From the NCBI GenBank assembly GCA_965206595.1, contig OZ242214.1, positions 832,001 through 896,000 of the forward strand: DNA of 64,000 nucleotides, given 5' to 3'. The translations under genes were made by a program, and so were the position numbers. This document shows positions 46,816 to 56,875 of the stretch, one piece after another (the first letter of the stretch is position 1; each line of letters starts with the position of its first letter). This DNA is from Candidatus Latescibacterota bacterium (lineage in GTDB: Bacteria > Latescibacterota > UBA2968 > UBA8231). Below the pieces are notes generated by a model, which was not told the DNA's origin, ran no database searches, and worked only from the letters and a program-made list of their open reading frames with translations.

Positions 46816-48708
46816 CTACTGCGCCAGGTGCCAGTCGGGATCCTCGAGTGCCTCGTAGACGACGCCCCCCTCGACGTCGCGAGGCATCGGCACCCCCATC
46901 AGGTAGCAGATGGTCGGGGCGACGTCGACGGCTCGCACCTGGCGCCTGAGTTCGAGGTCGCGGCGCACCCCGGCGCCGGCCATGATGAAGGTGCAGTGCT
47001 GCCCGCCGATGCCGAGCCGGGCCGACGGCAGCTGCTTGCCGTGGGCGCCGTCGAACTCCGGGCGCAGGGCGTAGACCACGTCGCCGACCAGGTCGCCCCA
47101 GAGGTTGACCATCTCGGCGTCTTCCCGCGTCAGCGCCAGCGCGAACGGGCACAGGCCGGTCTTCTCGTCGACGTACCCGTTCAACGCCGCGATGATGTCG
47201 AGCTGGGTCTGCCGGTACTCCTCCTGGGCGACGATACCGGTCGGCTCCCGCCCCTCGAGGTTGATGAAGACGTGGACGAGCCCGACGTCGGCGGCAATGG
47301 TGCGCTCCCAGTCGATCCCGCCTTCCTCCTTGCTTGTCAGGAATCCGGTCTCTTCCAGCACCTTGGAGACGTCCACCGCCCCGTACTGGGTCGGGGTGCC
47401 GCCGTGATCGGAGACCACCAGACAGACCGTGTCGTCGTCGGCGAGGGCGCCCACGCGGCCGATCATCGCGTCGACCGAGGCGAAGGTGCGCTCGAGCCCC
47501 TCACGGCAGCGCGCCAGGGTGTCCGGGTCGGCGCCGCTGACCTCGTCCGCCTGCGCGAGGAAGAAATGGCTGGCGTAGTCCGGGGCGTGCGACTCGATGA
47601 AGAGGATGTCCCACTCCCGCGACCCGGCCAGGTACCCGGCGACGTCGGCGAGCCTCTGGTGATGGAAGTCGAGAAGCTCGAAATAGGTGTCGTCGTCCAC
47701 GACCCCGAGGGCGTCGCGGGCGGGGTTCTGGAGGAAGTTGCCGACCTCTTCGTCGAGCTCCTGCGACAGCGGCACCGGCGCCGTGTACCCGAGGGCCGGC
47801 CAGATCTGCGGCATGAAGAGCTCGAAGCGCTCGAGGCCGGGAGCCATCGCCACCAGCTTGGCCTGCACGTATCCCTCGACCTCCTCGCCGTCGATGAGGA
47901 AGGTGTCGCGCCACCACTCGCTCCACTGGCCTTCGGACAACTCGGCGACCGCGGTGCCGCAGTCCCTTTCGCGGCAGACTAGAAGGCGGTCGTAGCCGTC
48001 GCCGCCGCTGGCGTAAGCGAGGCCGTAGTAAGACCTCGGTTTGGCGGTGCTTCCCCTCGGCTTGCGGCCGCGGGTGAGGGGCCTGACGGTCAGCTCCACT
48101 GCGCGCGGCGGCATCTGCGACTCGGGCAGATTCTTCCAGTATCTGCCGGCTGACTTTATTCGCACAGGGTCGGCGACCTCGACGGTCTGCAGGGCGCTCG
48201 GGTCGAGGGTCTCCGGGTCGCGCTCGCCGCCGACCGGACGCGGATTCCAGTCCCCGGCGACGAACAGGTGGTAGCCGGCGATCTGGTGCACGTTCGACAC
48301 CCCCGGGCCCGTCCCCTCGACCTGCACGCCGTCGCGGACCGTCGGCGGCCAGGACATCTCCCACTTGACGAGGATCGGCTTGCGGCCGGCGCGCTCCATC
48401 GCGTTCCACAGGTATTCCGATTTCGACAGGCCGGTGTTGATCCCCCAGGCCGTCTCGTCGAGGCGGCCGCCGGGCTTGCGGATGTTGAAGTCCATGACCT
48501 CGTGGTTACCCGGCCAGGAACCGGTCGAGGTGGCCGTCCATCCCGGCGGGGTGAGGGTCGGAAACACGCCGACCATCGGCCGCTGAACCCCCCTGCCGGC
48601 CAGGGCCGCGAGGTTCGGCATGTGACCCCGGTCCATCATCCGCGACACCAGCTCCATGCTGGCGCCGTCCATGCCGATCACGATGGCTCGCTTTGCTGGT
48701 GGGTTCAT
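46816..48708 (-). CDS. alkaline phosphatase superfamily phosphodiesterase/nucleotide pyrophosphatase
   Basis: IGMDGA, PTLTPPGWTATSTG, PDYASH, VSDHG, GAHG, VDVAPTI; paralogue of the downstream gene. Confidence 0.88.
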   Translation of the reverse strand: MNPPAKRAIVIGMDGASMELVSRMMDRGHMPNLAALAGRGVQRPMVGVFPTLTPPGWTATSTGSWPGNHEVMDFNIRKPGGRLDETAWGINTGLSKSEYLWNAMERAGRKPILVKWEMSWPPTVRDGVQVEGTGPGVSNVHQIAGYHLFVAGDWNPRPVGGERDPETLDPSALQTVEVADPVRIKSAGRYWKNLPESQMPPRAVELTVRPLTRGRKPRGSTAKPRSYYGLAYASGGDGYDRLLVCRERDCGTAVAELSEGQWSEWWRDTFLIDGEEVEGYVQAKLVAMAPGLERFELFMPQIWPALGYTAPVPLSQELDEEVGNFLQNPARDALGVVDDDTYFELLDFHHQRLADVAGYLAGSREWDILFIESHAPDYASHFFLAQADEVSGADPDTLARCREGLERTFASVDAMIGRVGALADDDTVCLVVSDHGGTPTQYGAVDVSKVLEETGFLTSKEEGGIDWERTIAADVGLVHVFINLEGREPTGIVAQEEYRQTQLDIIAALNGYVDEKTGLCPFALALTREDAEMVNLWGDLVGDVVYALRPEFDGAHGKQLPSARLGIGGQHCTFIMAGAGVRRDLELRRQVRAVDVAPTICYLMGVPMPRDVEGGVVYEALEDPDWHLAQ

Positions 48709-48963
48709 TTCCTGTGTCCGTCCTCTCCGGGATGGGTGTGAGTGTTTGCGGCGGTGACTGTGGATTTCCAGGCCGGGACAAGGTACGGCTGCCGGCACCT
48801 GGGTTCCACCGCGACGGCCGGGTAAAATCGGCCGGCCGGATGGCCTGACGATTGGAAGCCCGGCGAGCTCTGGCTCGGACAGCAGGGGCACCGAGTTCAG
48901 GCGACTCGTCAACGCCGCCAGGTCCGGGTGAAAGCCTCCGGAGCCGGCAGCCCCCTCCGACTC

Positions 48964-50640
48964 CTATCCCTCCGGCTCCGTCACCGTCAGCACCTGGTTC
49001 ACCTCGATGTCCTCCAGCGTCTGCACTATCCCGCTCGGCCAGCGCAGTGTCACCCTGTCGACGCGCCTGGCCTTGCCGAGGCCGAAGTGGACGCGCATGT
49101 CGTCGTGCCCGAGGTAGCTGCCGCCGCTGCGCACCTCGTTCACCTGGCGGTGCCCGGCGGCCTCCAACTCGATCCGGGTTCCCACTCCGTCGCGGTTGCT
49201 CCTGCTGCCGACCGTCTTGACGAGCAGGTAGTTGTTGGCGTTGCCGCCATCGTTCCGCAACAGGTTGGGTTTGCCGTTCAGGTTGAGGACGAAGATGTCG
49301 ATGTCCCCGTCGGCGTCGTAGTCGGCGAATCCCGCGCCCCTGCTCACCTCGCGGATCGCCAGCCCCGGCCCCGATTCCCGCGAAACGTCGCGGAAGGTCC
49401 CGTCTCCGAGATTCTTGAACAGCAGGTTGAGCTGGGCGTAGCTGGCGTTGGTGTGGGGCAGGTCCGCCTCCGGGTAGGTGTGGCCGTTGGCGACGTAGAT
49501 GTCCTTGTCGCCGTCGTTGTCGTAATCGAACAGGGCCGTTCCCCAGCCGACCTCCGGCTCTCCGACCGCGGCCACCCGGGAGACGAAGGAGACGTCGAGG
49601 AAGAAACCGTTTCCCTCGTTCCGGTAGAGGGTGTTGTGCTCCCCCTCGAAATTGGAGACGAAGATGTCGAGACGGCCGTCGTTGTCGTAGTCGCCGACCC
49701 CGACGCCCATGCATCCCTGCTCGGTGCCCTGGGCGTCGAATCCCACCCCCGAACCGAGCGCCTCGTCCGAGAAGCTGCCGTCTCCCTTGTTGACGAACAT
49801 CATGTTCGGAGTCATGTCGTCGGCGACGAACAGGTCGGGCCAGCCGTCGTCGGTGAAGTCGGCGAACACGGCGCCGTACCCGTAGTGCTTGCGGCCGGCC
49901 ATGCCGACCTCGGCGGTGACATCGGTGAAGCTGCCGTTGCCGTCGTTGCGGTAGAAGACGTCCGCCTGCGGTATCATCCCCCTGGGGCCGCACATGATGT
50001 CGTAAGTCTTCCAGACGCAGGGGACCGTCGACTCGTAGTCGAGGGAGAAGTCGATGTAGTTCGACACGTACAGATCGAGGTCCCCGTCGCGGTCGTAGTC
50101 GCCGAAAGTGCTTGCGGTGCCGTACCCCTCGTCTCCGACCCCGGCCTTCGAGGTGACGTCGGCGAAGCGCCGGTTTCCCAGGTTCCGGTAGAGGGTGTTG
50201 CGGCCGAAGTTGCCGACGTAGAGATCGAGGTGCCCGTCGTTGTCGTAGTCGGCCGCGGCGCAGCCGAGCGACCAACTGGTATCGCCGACGGCCGCGGCCG
50301 CGGTCACCTCGGTGAAGTTACTCCCATCATTCCGGTACAGCCGGTTGCGGGGATGCTCTTCTTCGGGGAACCCGTGGAAGCTCGAGCCGTTGGCGACATA
50401 GAGGTCGACGTCGCCGTCGTTGTCGTAGTCGAAGAAGGCGGTGCCGCCGGTCGAGGTCTCGACGATGTACTTCTGGTCCCTGCCGGAGACGTTCGTCCCC
50501 ACCAGTCCCACCTCGGCGGCGACATCGGTGAATTGCACTGTTGCCGGGGCCTCGGGCGGGGCCGCGGCCCCTGGGCTTCCCCCGAAGAGCGGCGGACAGA
50601 GCCCCCCGAGAACCAGGCCGACGAGCAGAGCCGCTCTCAT
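48964..50640 (-). CDS. CRTAC1-like protein (FG-GAP/VCBS repeats plus ASPIC/UnbV domain), secreted
   Basis: Signal peptide; repeated DYDNDGxxDLYVxN; C-terminal SNRDGVGTRI...GGSYLG..D.RVHFGLG..LRWPSG. Confidence 0.93.
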   Translation of the reverse strand: MRAALLVGLVLGGLCPPLFGGSPGAAAPPEAPATVQFTDVAAEVGLVGTNVSGRDQKYIVETSTGGTAFFDYDNDGDVDLYVANGSSFHGFPEEEHPRNRLYRNDGSNFTEVTAAAAVGDTSWSLGCAAADYDNDGHLDLYVGNFGRNTLYRNLGNRRFADVTSKAGVGDEGYGTASTFGDYDRDGDLDLYVSNYIDFSLDYESTVPCVWKTYDIMCGPRGMIPQADVFYRNDGNGSFTDVTAEVGMAGRKHYGYGAVFADFTDDGWPDLFVADDMTPNMMFVNKGDGSFSDEALGSGVGFDAQGTEQGCMGVGVGDYDNDGRLDIFVSNFEGEHNTLYRNEGNGFFLDVSFVSRVAAVGEPEVGWGTALFDYDNDGDKDIYVANGHTYPEADLPHTNASYAQLNLLFKNLGDGTFRDVSRESGPGLAIREVSRGAGFADYDADGDIDIFVLNLNGKPNLLRNDGGNANNYLLVKTVGSRSNRDGVGTRIELEAAGHRQVNEVRSGGSYLGHDDMRVHFGLGKARRVDRVTLRWPSGIVQTLEDIEVNQVLTVTEPEG

Positions 50641-50809
50641 CGGCTATCGTCCTGTTGAAACTCGCCGAATCGAAGGGCCGGGGAGGGATGGCTCGGGGAA
50701 TGTGATTCCAATCCTGTTTGCGGGTCGGCAATACGGTCGGGGAGCAACGGAGCTGTCCGGCCAGGCCGCCGGTCGGCCTTCGAGGTGGCGGTACGACGCG
50801 GCCGACCAC

Positions 50810-51275
50810 AGGGGGAGACCACGAGCATGTTGACGAAGAAGATCCAGTTGAAGGCGAGATCGAACCTGCCGGTGATCGCCGCTCCTGCCTTCGCCTTGAA
50901 GTCGTAGATGCGGGAGAACCCGTACTGCTGCATGAGGCTGTGCTGGTGATCCCACAGGGTGACGACGAGGATGAGGCTCAGCGGCGCGTAGCGCATGGCG
51001 AGATAGGCCATCAGCACCAGCATCACCGGGCCGACGATGAAGCAGTCGCGCCAGCGGCTGAACTCCGCGGGCGAGCCGTATACGCGCAGCCAGGTTGCGA
51101 AGTGGTGCGGCACCGTCACCCATAGGGCGATCGCCGCGAGCGCCGCCCCGGGCAGGTACCGGTTGGACAGCAGTCCCGCGGCAACGGCCAGGAAGGGGAG
51201 CGTCAGAAACCAGATGAAGTCCGACCTGCGGTCGATTTTGTAGACGTTCCTGAAGGGAACGGCCACGCTGCTCAT
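50810..51275 (-). pseudogene. truncated His-motif integral membrane protein
   Basis: TM segments with PHHFATWLRVY and WDHQHSLMQQYGFSRIYD. Sequence turns to low-quality, non-hydrophobic residues after NMLVVSP (about 50815). Confidence 0.55.
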
Positions 51276-51451
51276 CAGATTCGCCCTTTGTATTTTGTTG
51301 CCTGTGTTGAAATAGCCGATCCTGGCAGCGGTCGGCAACCCCGGACTCCCCTGCTGGATCGGCCTGGCCGGGGGGCTCCGGAACCGGGTGGTTCAGGGTG
51401 CCGCAGGAAAGGGCCGCGATCGCTGTCACAGCTGAAAAGGCATGTCCCTTC

Positions 51452-51885
51452 TCAGGCGGGATACGAAGGAGATGAATTTCTCCTCGTTGACGGAGACGAC
51501 GGACTGGTACCGCCGGCGCAACCCGGCAAGGCAGGTTCTAACCGCGGCGCGGCCAGGGTCCATACCTTCGCGACCTGACCGGGGATCAGGAGGCCGGCCC
51601 CGAAGCGGTCCCGGTGCTCTTCGATGTACCGGCGGACCATTGCATCCGACACCTCGACGAGCTTGGCGGCGCCGGAGCGCACCAGGGAGAGCACGTGCGG
51701 TTCCTGGGCCGTGAGGGGCCTGTGCCAGCGCAGGTGGCAAATCGGCAGGCCCGGGGGGGGGTTATCTGGAAGGTGTCGACGCGGGCGAGACGGGGGAGGG
51801 AGGCCCTAGCGGCGGGGCTGGCATCGTCGCCCGCGGCACAGGCGAGCACGGCGACGGCTTCGGCTGGAAGGAGGCGGCGGTTCAT
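51452..51885 (-). pseudogene. hypothetical protein split at a 9-nt homopolymer
   Basis: MNRRLLPAEAV...FQITPP continues as GLPICHLRWHR... in another frame if the G9 run at 51753-51761 has one more base; GGAGG SD upstream. Confidence 0.4.
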
Positions 51886-51908
51886 GGCGGGCGGGCCCTC
51901 CCTGACCG

Positions 51909-53417
51909 TCAGGGCAGGTCTTCCAGATCCGCGGCGGTGACGCGGGCGAAGGGCGCCACACCATGCTTCCCAGCCCCGGCACCGCGGCCGACCTCCCTGG
52001 TCAGGGAGTACATCTCGAGAACCCCGATCCGCTCCCCGGGTCCGTGCCCCTCGTTCCATCTGCGGAACAGGTGCTCGGCGAGCGGCTGCCGGTAGGGGCC
52101 GCTTTCCGCGTCGACCAGCTTTACGTGCAGCCTGCGCCAGCGGTGGTTGGGAAAGGCGTCTGCACGCCTCGCCGCGGGCTCGAAGGAGGTGAGAACTCCT
52201 TCCTCGAGGATATCGATGGCGCGGCCGTCTCCCAGTATGCCCCGGTAGATGTACCAGTAGTCGCGCGGAATCGCGGTGTGGTACATCCCCCAAGCCTGCG
52301 GCAGCATGGCAGCGTTGCCGATCGCCTTCAGCCACTCCGGCATTTGCCGATAGCGCAGGGTCGAAAAGTCCCAGGACCCCACGACGTACGCCAGGAAGAG
52401 CAGGCAGAGGGTGTTTCCCGCGCGCCTTCTCCAAGGTGCGAGACGCCCTCCTGTCAGGCGCTGCAGCCTCCCTTCGGCCGAGTCGCCGGGAGGCGGCCTT
52501 TCCCAGCGCCTGGCGAGAAGAGTCCGCAGCGGTTCCAACCGTCGGCGGACCCCGGTGCAACATCGGCTGCTCCAGAAGGAAGGCGGCAGGAACAGGGCAA
52601 GGCCGGACAGGGAAACGAAGGCGAACAGCCCGACGTGCAGGGTGAGTTCGATGCCGAGGTGAAAGCCGGCGAACAGGGGGACCGCCGCGGCGCGCACCGC
52701 TTTCCAGGGGGCCAGCAGCGCGAACGGTCCCGCGATCTCCAGCAGGACCGTTCCCCTGGTGAGCCCCTCGAGGAGACTCTGGAAATCCACCAGGTATTCG
52801 CCGGGAGGCTTCACCAGCATGGAATAGCGGAGCAGGTGGTCCATGGCGTCTCCCCCGAGCCAGACCCCGTTGAGCTTGGCCAGCCCGGAGTACCAGTAGA
52901 CGATGCAGACCTGGAAGAGGATGGCGGCGCCGGCCACCGACAGGGCGTGGCCTTCCGCCGCCCGGGCTGGGGACTGCGGCCTCCGCAGGGTGTCGAGGGA
53001 CCACGCCTTGCCGAGCGGCAAGAACATGCTCCAGAACAGCAGCAGCCGCAGGTACGAGTCGCCCGCGTTCAGGACCAGCGGCATGCGCGCGTGGAGGGAG
53101 ACCAGTAGGACCCATGAAAGGATGGTGGCGAGGCGGGCGTGCCAACCGGCCAGCAACGCCAGGGCGCAGAGGCCGGCGAGGGCGAACAGCAGCCCCTGAA
53201 ACCGGCTCGATGCGGAGAGGAAGTGCAGGGACCAGCGCCATCCCTCGTGATACTGCCCCGTCAGCGCCAGCGGCAGGATCCCCTCCTCGGTGTACATGGC
53301 GGAAAAATCCTGCAGGCGGATGACGAGATCGACGAGCAGCAGGGCCGCGGTGCAGACCCGGAACAGGGCCAGGGAACGAGGGTCGAGGCCGAAGACCAGA
53401 TTCAGTTTCGACTTCAC
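51909..53417 (-). CDS. HTTM domain membrane protein (vitamin K-dependent carboxylase-like)
   Basis: LDPRSLALFRV, LHARMPLVLNAGD, FWSMFLPLG..WSLD, QVCIVYWYSGLAKL...WLGG, FHLGI, QAWGMY, PNHRWR. Confidence 0.88.
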   Translation of the reverse strand: MKSKLNLVFGLDPRSLALFRVCTAALLLVDLVIRLQDFSAMYTEEGILPLALTGQYHEGWRWSLHFLSASSRFQGLLFALAGLCALALLAGWHARLATILSWVLLVSLHARMPLVLNAGDSYLRLLLFWSMFLPLGKAWSLDTLRRPQSPARAAEGHALSVAGAAILFQVCIVYWYSGLAKLNGVWLGGDAMDHLLRYSMLVKPPGEYLVDFQSLLEGLTRGTVLLEIAGPFALLAPWKAVRAAAVPLFAGFHLGIELTLHVGLFAFVSLSGLALFLPPSFWSSRCCTGVRRRLEPLRTLLARRWERPPPGDSAEGRLQRLTGGRLAPWRRRAGNTLCLLFLAYVVGSWDFSTLRYRQMPEWLKAIGNAAMLPQAWGMYHTAIPRDYWYIYRGILGDGRAIDILEEGVLTSFEPAARRADAFPNHRWRRLHVKLVDAESGPYRQPLAEHLFRRWNEGHGPGERIGVLEMYSLTREVGRGAGAGKHGVAPFARVTAADLEDLP

Positions 53418-53488
53418 GGGGGGGGGCCGCCTCCATTGCGCCGTTCGTATATTCGGACCTTTGCACTCGAAGTGAATGTAATGAATGC

Positions 53489-56400
53489 ATGGCGGGACCA
53501 ACGTTCAAGACACTCGCCGCTGCAGGTTTCGCACTTGCGGCGGCCGGATGCGAGCCGGGAAAACCCCCACCCGCTGCGGGTCCGGTTGCGGAGATCCGCA
53601 CCGGATCCCCTGCCGCAGGCGTTGGTTTCACCGACGTCGCCGCGGAATCCGGGCTGTCGTTCCGCAACCTGTCAGGCACCGCGGACCAGGAGCTTATCGT
53701 CGAAACCATGTCGGCCGGCGCCGCCTTCCTCGACTTCGACGACGACGGCTGGCTCGACCTGCTCGCCGTCAACGGCACCTCCCCGGGGGCTTCTCCCGGG
53801 GAGGGAAGAAACCGCCTCTTCCGCAACGAACAGGCTGGCCCCGATCGGGCCTTGCGCCGCTTCGGCGAGGTGACCGGCGACACCGGTCTCGGCTCCTCGG
53901 ACTGGGGAATGGGTTGCGCGGTCGGGGATTACGACAACGACGGCGACCCGGATATCTACCTGACCTACTGGGGCCCCGACCAGCTGCTGCGCAACGACGG
54001 TGACGGCGCCTTCGCCGACGTTTCCGCGGCCGCCGGTTTGGGCGACCCGGGCTGGGGTTCCAGCGCCGCCTTCGGCGACCTCGACAACGACGGGCTCCTC
54101 GATCTCTACGTCGTCAATTACCTCGAGTTCGATTTCGAGAACCCTCCTGCGGGCGGCAGGAAACGGCGTTTCAAAGGTATGGAGGTCTTCTACGGGCCGA
54201 GGGGGATTCCCGCGCAGGCCGACCGCCTGTACCGCAACGGCGGGGATGCCTTTGTCGACGTCAGCGCGGAAACCGGTATCGCCGGCCACGCCCTCCCCGG
54301 CCTGGGGGTGACCCTGGGGGATTTCGACGGCGACGGCGATCTCGACATCTACGTCGCCAACGACTCCGAGCCGAACCAGATGTACCGCAATGACGGCGCC
54401 TGGCGCTTCGCCGAAACCGGGACTGCTTCGCGGGTCGCCTTCACCGAGGACGGCAGGCCCCAGGCCGGCATGGGTGTGCACGGCGGCGACTACGACAACG
54501 ACGGCGACCTCGACCTCTTCGTGACCAACTTCTCGGAAGACGTCAACACTCTCTACCGCAACGACGGCGACTGGCTCTTCGCCGACGCCACCTCCCGCGC
54601 CGGGCTCGACGGGGCCGTGCGGCCGTTTCTCGGCTTCGGCACCGCCTTCTTCGACTGCGACAACGACGGCTGGCTCGACATCTTCGTCGCCAATGGCCAT
54701 CTCTACCCCCAGCTCGAACAGCTGTCCTCGGGGTTGCGCTACCGCCAGCGGAACCTGCTTTACCGGAATGCAGGGGGACGCTTCCGCGAGGTCGGCGCAG
54801 CCGCAGGCCCCGGCATGTCTGCTGCTGCGGTCAGCCGCGCCGCGGCCTTCGGCGACTACGACAACGACGGCGACGTCGACGTATTCGTCGCCAACCTCAA
54901 CGAGAAGCCGGCCCTGCTGCGCAACGAGGGAGGAAACCGCAACAACTGGATCGGACTCGAGCTCGAGGGGGGCGAGAGCAACCGCGACGCCATCGGGGCC
55001 TCGGTGCGGGTGTCGGCCGGCTCTCTCGTGCAGATGCGGGAGGTCCACAGGGGATACGGCTTCCAGGCGCAGCACGATCCGCGGCTCCTGTTCGGCCTTG
55101 GGGACTCGCGGGAGCCGCCCAGGGTGGAGATCCGCTGGCCCTCCGGGAAAAGGCAGATCGTCGAAAACCTGCCCTTGCGCCGCTACGTCGCGATCCGCGA
55201 AGGAGTGGATGGATTTCTCGCCGGGCCCGAGAGTGAGCCCATTGCCGCTGCCGCCGGCCCCGGAGCGGCCCCGCCGGAACCCGGAGTTGGGGAAGAAGAA
55301 CCTGTTCTTCCCTTGCCCCCCGTTTCCCCCCCTTCGGCCCCCTCGCGGAAGGCCCCTGCTGCGGAACCGGGACTCGACCCCACGGCACAGCAGTTCTATC
55401 AGGCGGCGCGGACGAGCTACGCCGAGGGCCGCATGGCCGATGCCGCCGGAGCCCTGAAACAGGCGGTGCGCGCCGATCCCTCCGGGGACCGCGCCTTCCT
55501 GCTCTTGGGGAAGACCTACCTGAACCTCAACCGCGACCGGGAGGCGGCAGCCGCCTTCGAGAAGGCGCACGCCCTCGATCCGGGGAACTGGGAGTACTCC
55601 AACCTCCTCGGGGTCGCCTACAAACGGGCGGGCCGCATGGAGGACGCCCTGGCGGCGTACGCAACCGCGACCACCAGCGCTCCCTGGGCGCCTCGGCCGC
55701 ACCTCAACCTCGCCCGCATGTACGATGAGATCGGCCAGCCCGGAAGCGCCGAAGTAGAGCGCCGCCTGTTCGAGAGATGGCGGCCGCTGCAGCGGGAGGC
55801 GGAGGTTGCCGAAGACATGGTGAAGTCGGATCCGGGCGACCCCCGCGGTCGCAGGAATCTCGGCCTCGCCTACGTCCGGCAGGGGCGCCACGCCGAAGCC
55901 CTGGCCGAGTTTCTGCGCGCCTGCGACCTCGATCCGAACGACGGCATGGCCCGCTACGGGCTGGGGGAGGTCCTGCACCGGGAGAAACGGTACGCCGAGG
56001 CAATGGAGAGCTACGAACTGGCACTCGAGCTGGTTCCCGGCGATGCCGCGGTACACACCGGCCTCGGCAAGTCCCTGGCCGCTCTCGGCAGGTTCGAGCA
56101 GGCAGCGGAGCAGTTCCGGACGGCCCTGGCGTCGGATCCGGACCATGCCGCAGCGCATCTGGGACTCGGCGAGCTGTTCCTGAAACAGCGGGACGAAGCC
56201 GCAGCCGTTCGCGCCTGCGGGCGCGCCGTCCAACGCCAACCCGGCCTCGCCCTCGCCCACAGCTGCGTGGGAAGCGCCCACGCCGCGGCCGGGCGTTACG
56301 ATGCCGCGGCCGCGGCCCTGGGGAGAGCGCTGGAGCTCGACGCGCGCCTGGTCCAGACCCGGTACGCACTGGGACTGGTCCACCACCTCCAGGGGCGCTA

Positions 56401-56509
56401 CGCCGAGGCGGCCGGGGAGTGGGAGCGGGTGCTGCTGCTGGCCCCCGACCACGTCAAGGCGCGGCAGGGAATCGCGCGGGCTAAAAGGGAGTCCGAGGGC
56501 CGGAGATGA
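53489..56509 (+). CDS. lipoprotein with a CRTAC1/ASPIC-UnbV propeller, a Pro-rich linker and C-terminal TPR repeats
   Basis: Lipobox LAAAGC; FG-GAP repeats; UnbV domain (SNRDAIGA...LLFGLG..IRWPSG); multiple TPR motifs (A..NLG.AY...GR..EA...F..A..LDP). Confidence 0.92.
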   Translation: MAGPTFKTLAAAGFALAAAGCEPGKPPPAAGPVAEIRTGSPAAGVGFTDVAAESGLSFRNLSGTADQELIVETMSAGAAFLDFDDDGWLDLLAVNGTSPGASPGEGRNRLFRNEQAGPDRALRRFGEVTGDTGLGSSDWGMGCAVGDYDNDGDPDIYLTYWGPDQLLRNDGDGAFADVSAAAGLGDPGWGSSAAFGDLDNDGLLDLYVVNYLEFDFENPPAGGRKRRFKGMEVFYGPRGIPAQADRLYRNGGDAFVDVSAETGIAGHALPGLGVTLGDFDGDGDLDIYVANDSEPNQMYRNDGAWRFAETGTASRVAFTEDGRPQAGMGVHGGDYDNDGDLDLFVTNFSEDVNTLYRNDGDWLFADATSRAGLDGAVRPFLGFGTAFFDCDNDGWLDIFVANGHLYPQLEQLSSGLRYRQRNLLYRNAGGRFREVGAAAGPGMSAAAVSRAAAFGDYDNDGDVDVFVANLNEKPALLRNEGGNRNNWIGLELEGGESNRDAIGASVRVSAGSLVQMREVHRGYGFQAQHDPRLLFGLGDSREPPRVEIRWPSGKRQIVENLPLRRYVAIREGVDGFLAGPESEPIAAAAGPGAAPPEPGVGEEEPVLPLPPVSPPSAPSRKAPAAEPGLDPTAQQFYQAARTSYAEGRMADAAGALKQAVRADPSGDRAFLLLGKTYLNLNRDREAAAAFEKAHALDPGNWEYSNLLGVAYKRAGRMEDALAAYATATTSAPWAPRPHLNLARMYDEIGQPGSAEVERRLFERWRPLQREAEVAEDMVKSDPGDPRGRRNLGLAYVRQGRHAEALAEFLRACDLDPNDGMARYGLGEVLHREKRYAEAMESYELALELVPGDAAVHTGLGKSLAALGRFEQAAEQFRTALASDPDHAAAHLGLGELFLKQRDEAAAVRACGRAVQRQPGLALAHSCVGSAHAAAGRYDAAAAALGRALELDARLVQTRYALGLVHHLQGRYAEAAGEWERVLLLAPDHVKARQGIARAKRESEGRR

Positions 56510-56703
56510 ATCGGTGCACTCTCAAGAGGCCGGGCGGGCGCTCGCCAAGGCCCTGGAGCGAGCTGAGACCCGACTACTCGCTGGCCCACCTGTTTCTCAG
56601 CGACGTCTACTCCAGGATCGACGCGCGGCGAGGAAGCGCGGCACCACAGGGAGCGCGCCCGGACCTTGTCCGCGCAGTCCGGCGGGAAAGGGGCTGCTGC
56701 TGA
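56506..56703 (+). pseudogene. short TPR-like remnant
   Basis: ATGA overlap with the upstream stop; fragment ELRPDYSLAHLFLSDVYSRI resembles one TPR helix pair. Confidence 0.3.
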
Positions 56704-56875
56704 AGAGGACTCACCTTACGGGCAGGGCAAAATCCAGCCTGCGAAAAAGTCATTGATCCTCTCCAAGCCATTTTGTACAATACACAGCTATTACATCACA
56801 GCTACATCACAGCGAAGCCGATTCCAGCCCCCCGGCGGTCCCGCCGGGGGACACCCGATTCTGGAGGATTACCAC

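Noticed and set aside
35360-56452. Long antisense or alternate-frame ORFs (35360-37849, 43359-45944, 48928-50658, 53672-56452 and others)
   Set aside because: They are shadows of well-supported genes, caused by stop-codon scarcity at high GC; no motifs.
48964-56509. Enediyne or other natural-product cluster suggested by UnbV domains
   Set aside because: No PKS, NRPS, thioesterase or tailoring genes in the window; ASPIC/UnbV proteins are common outside such clusters.
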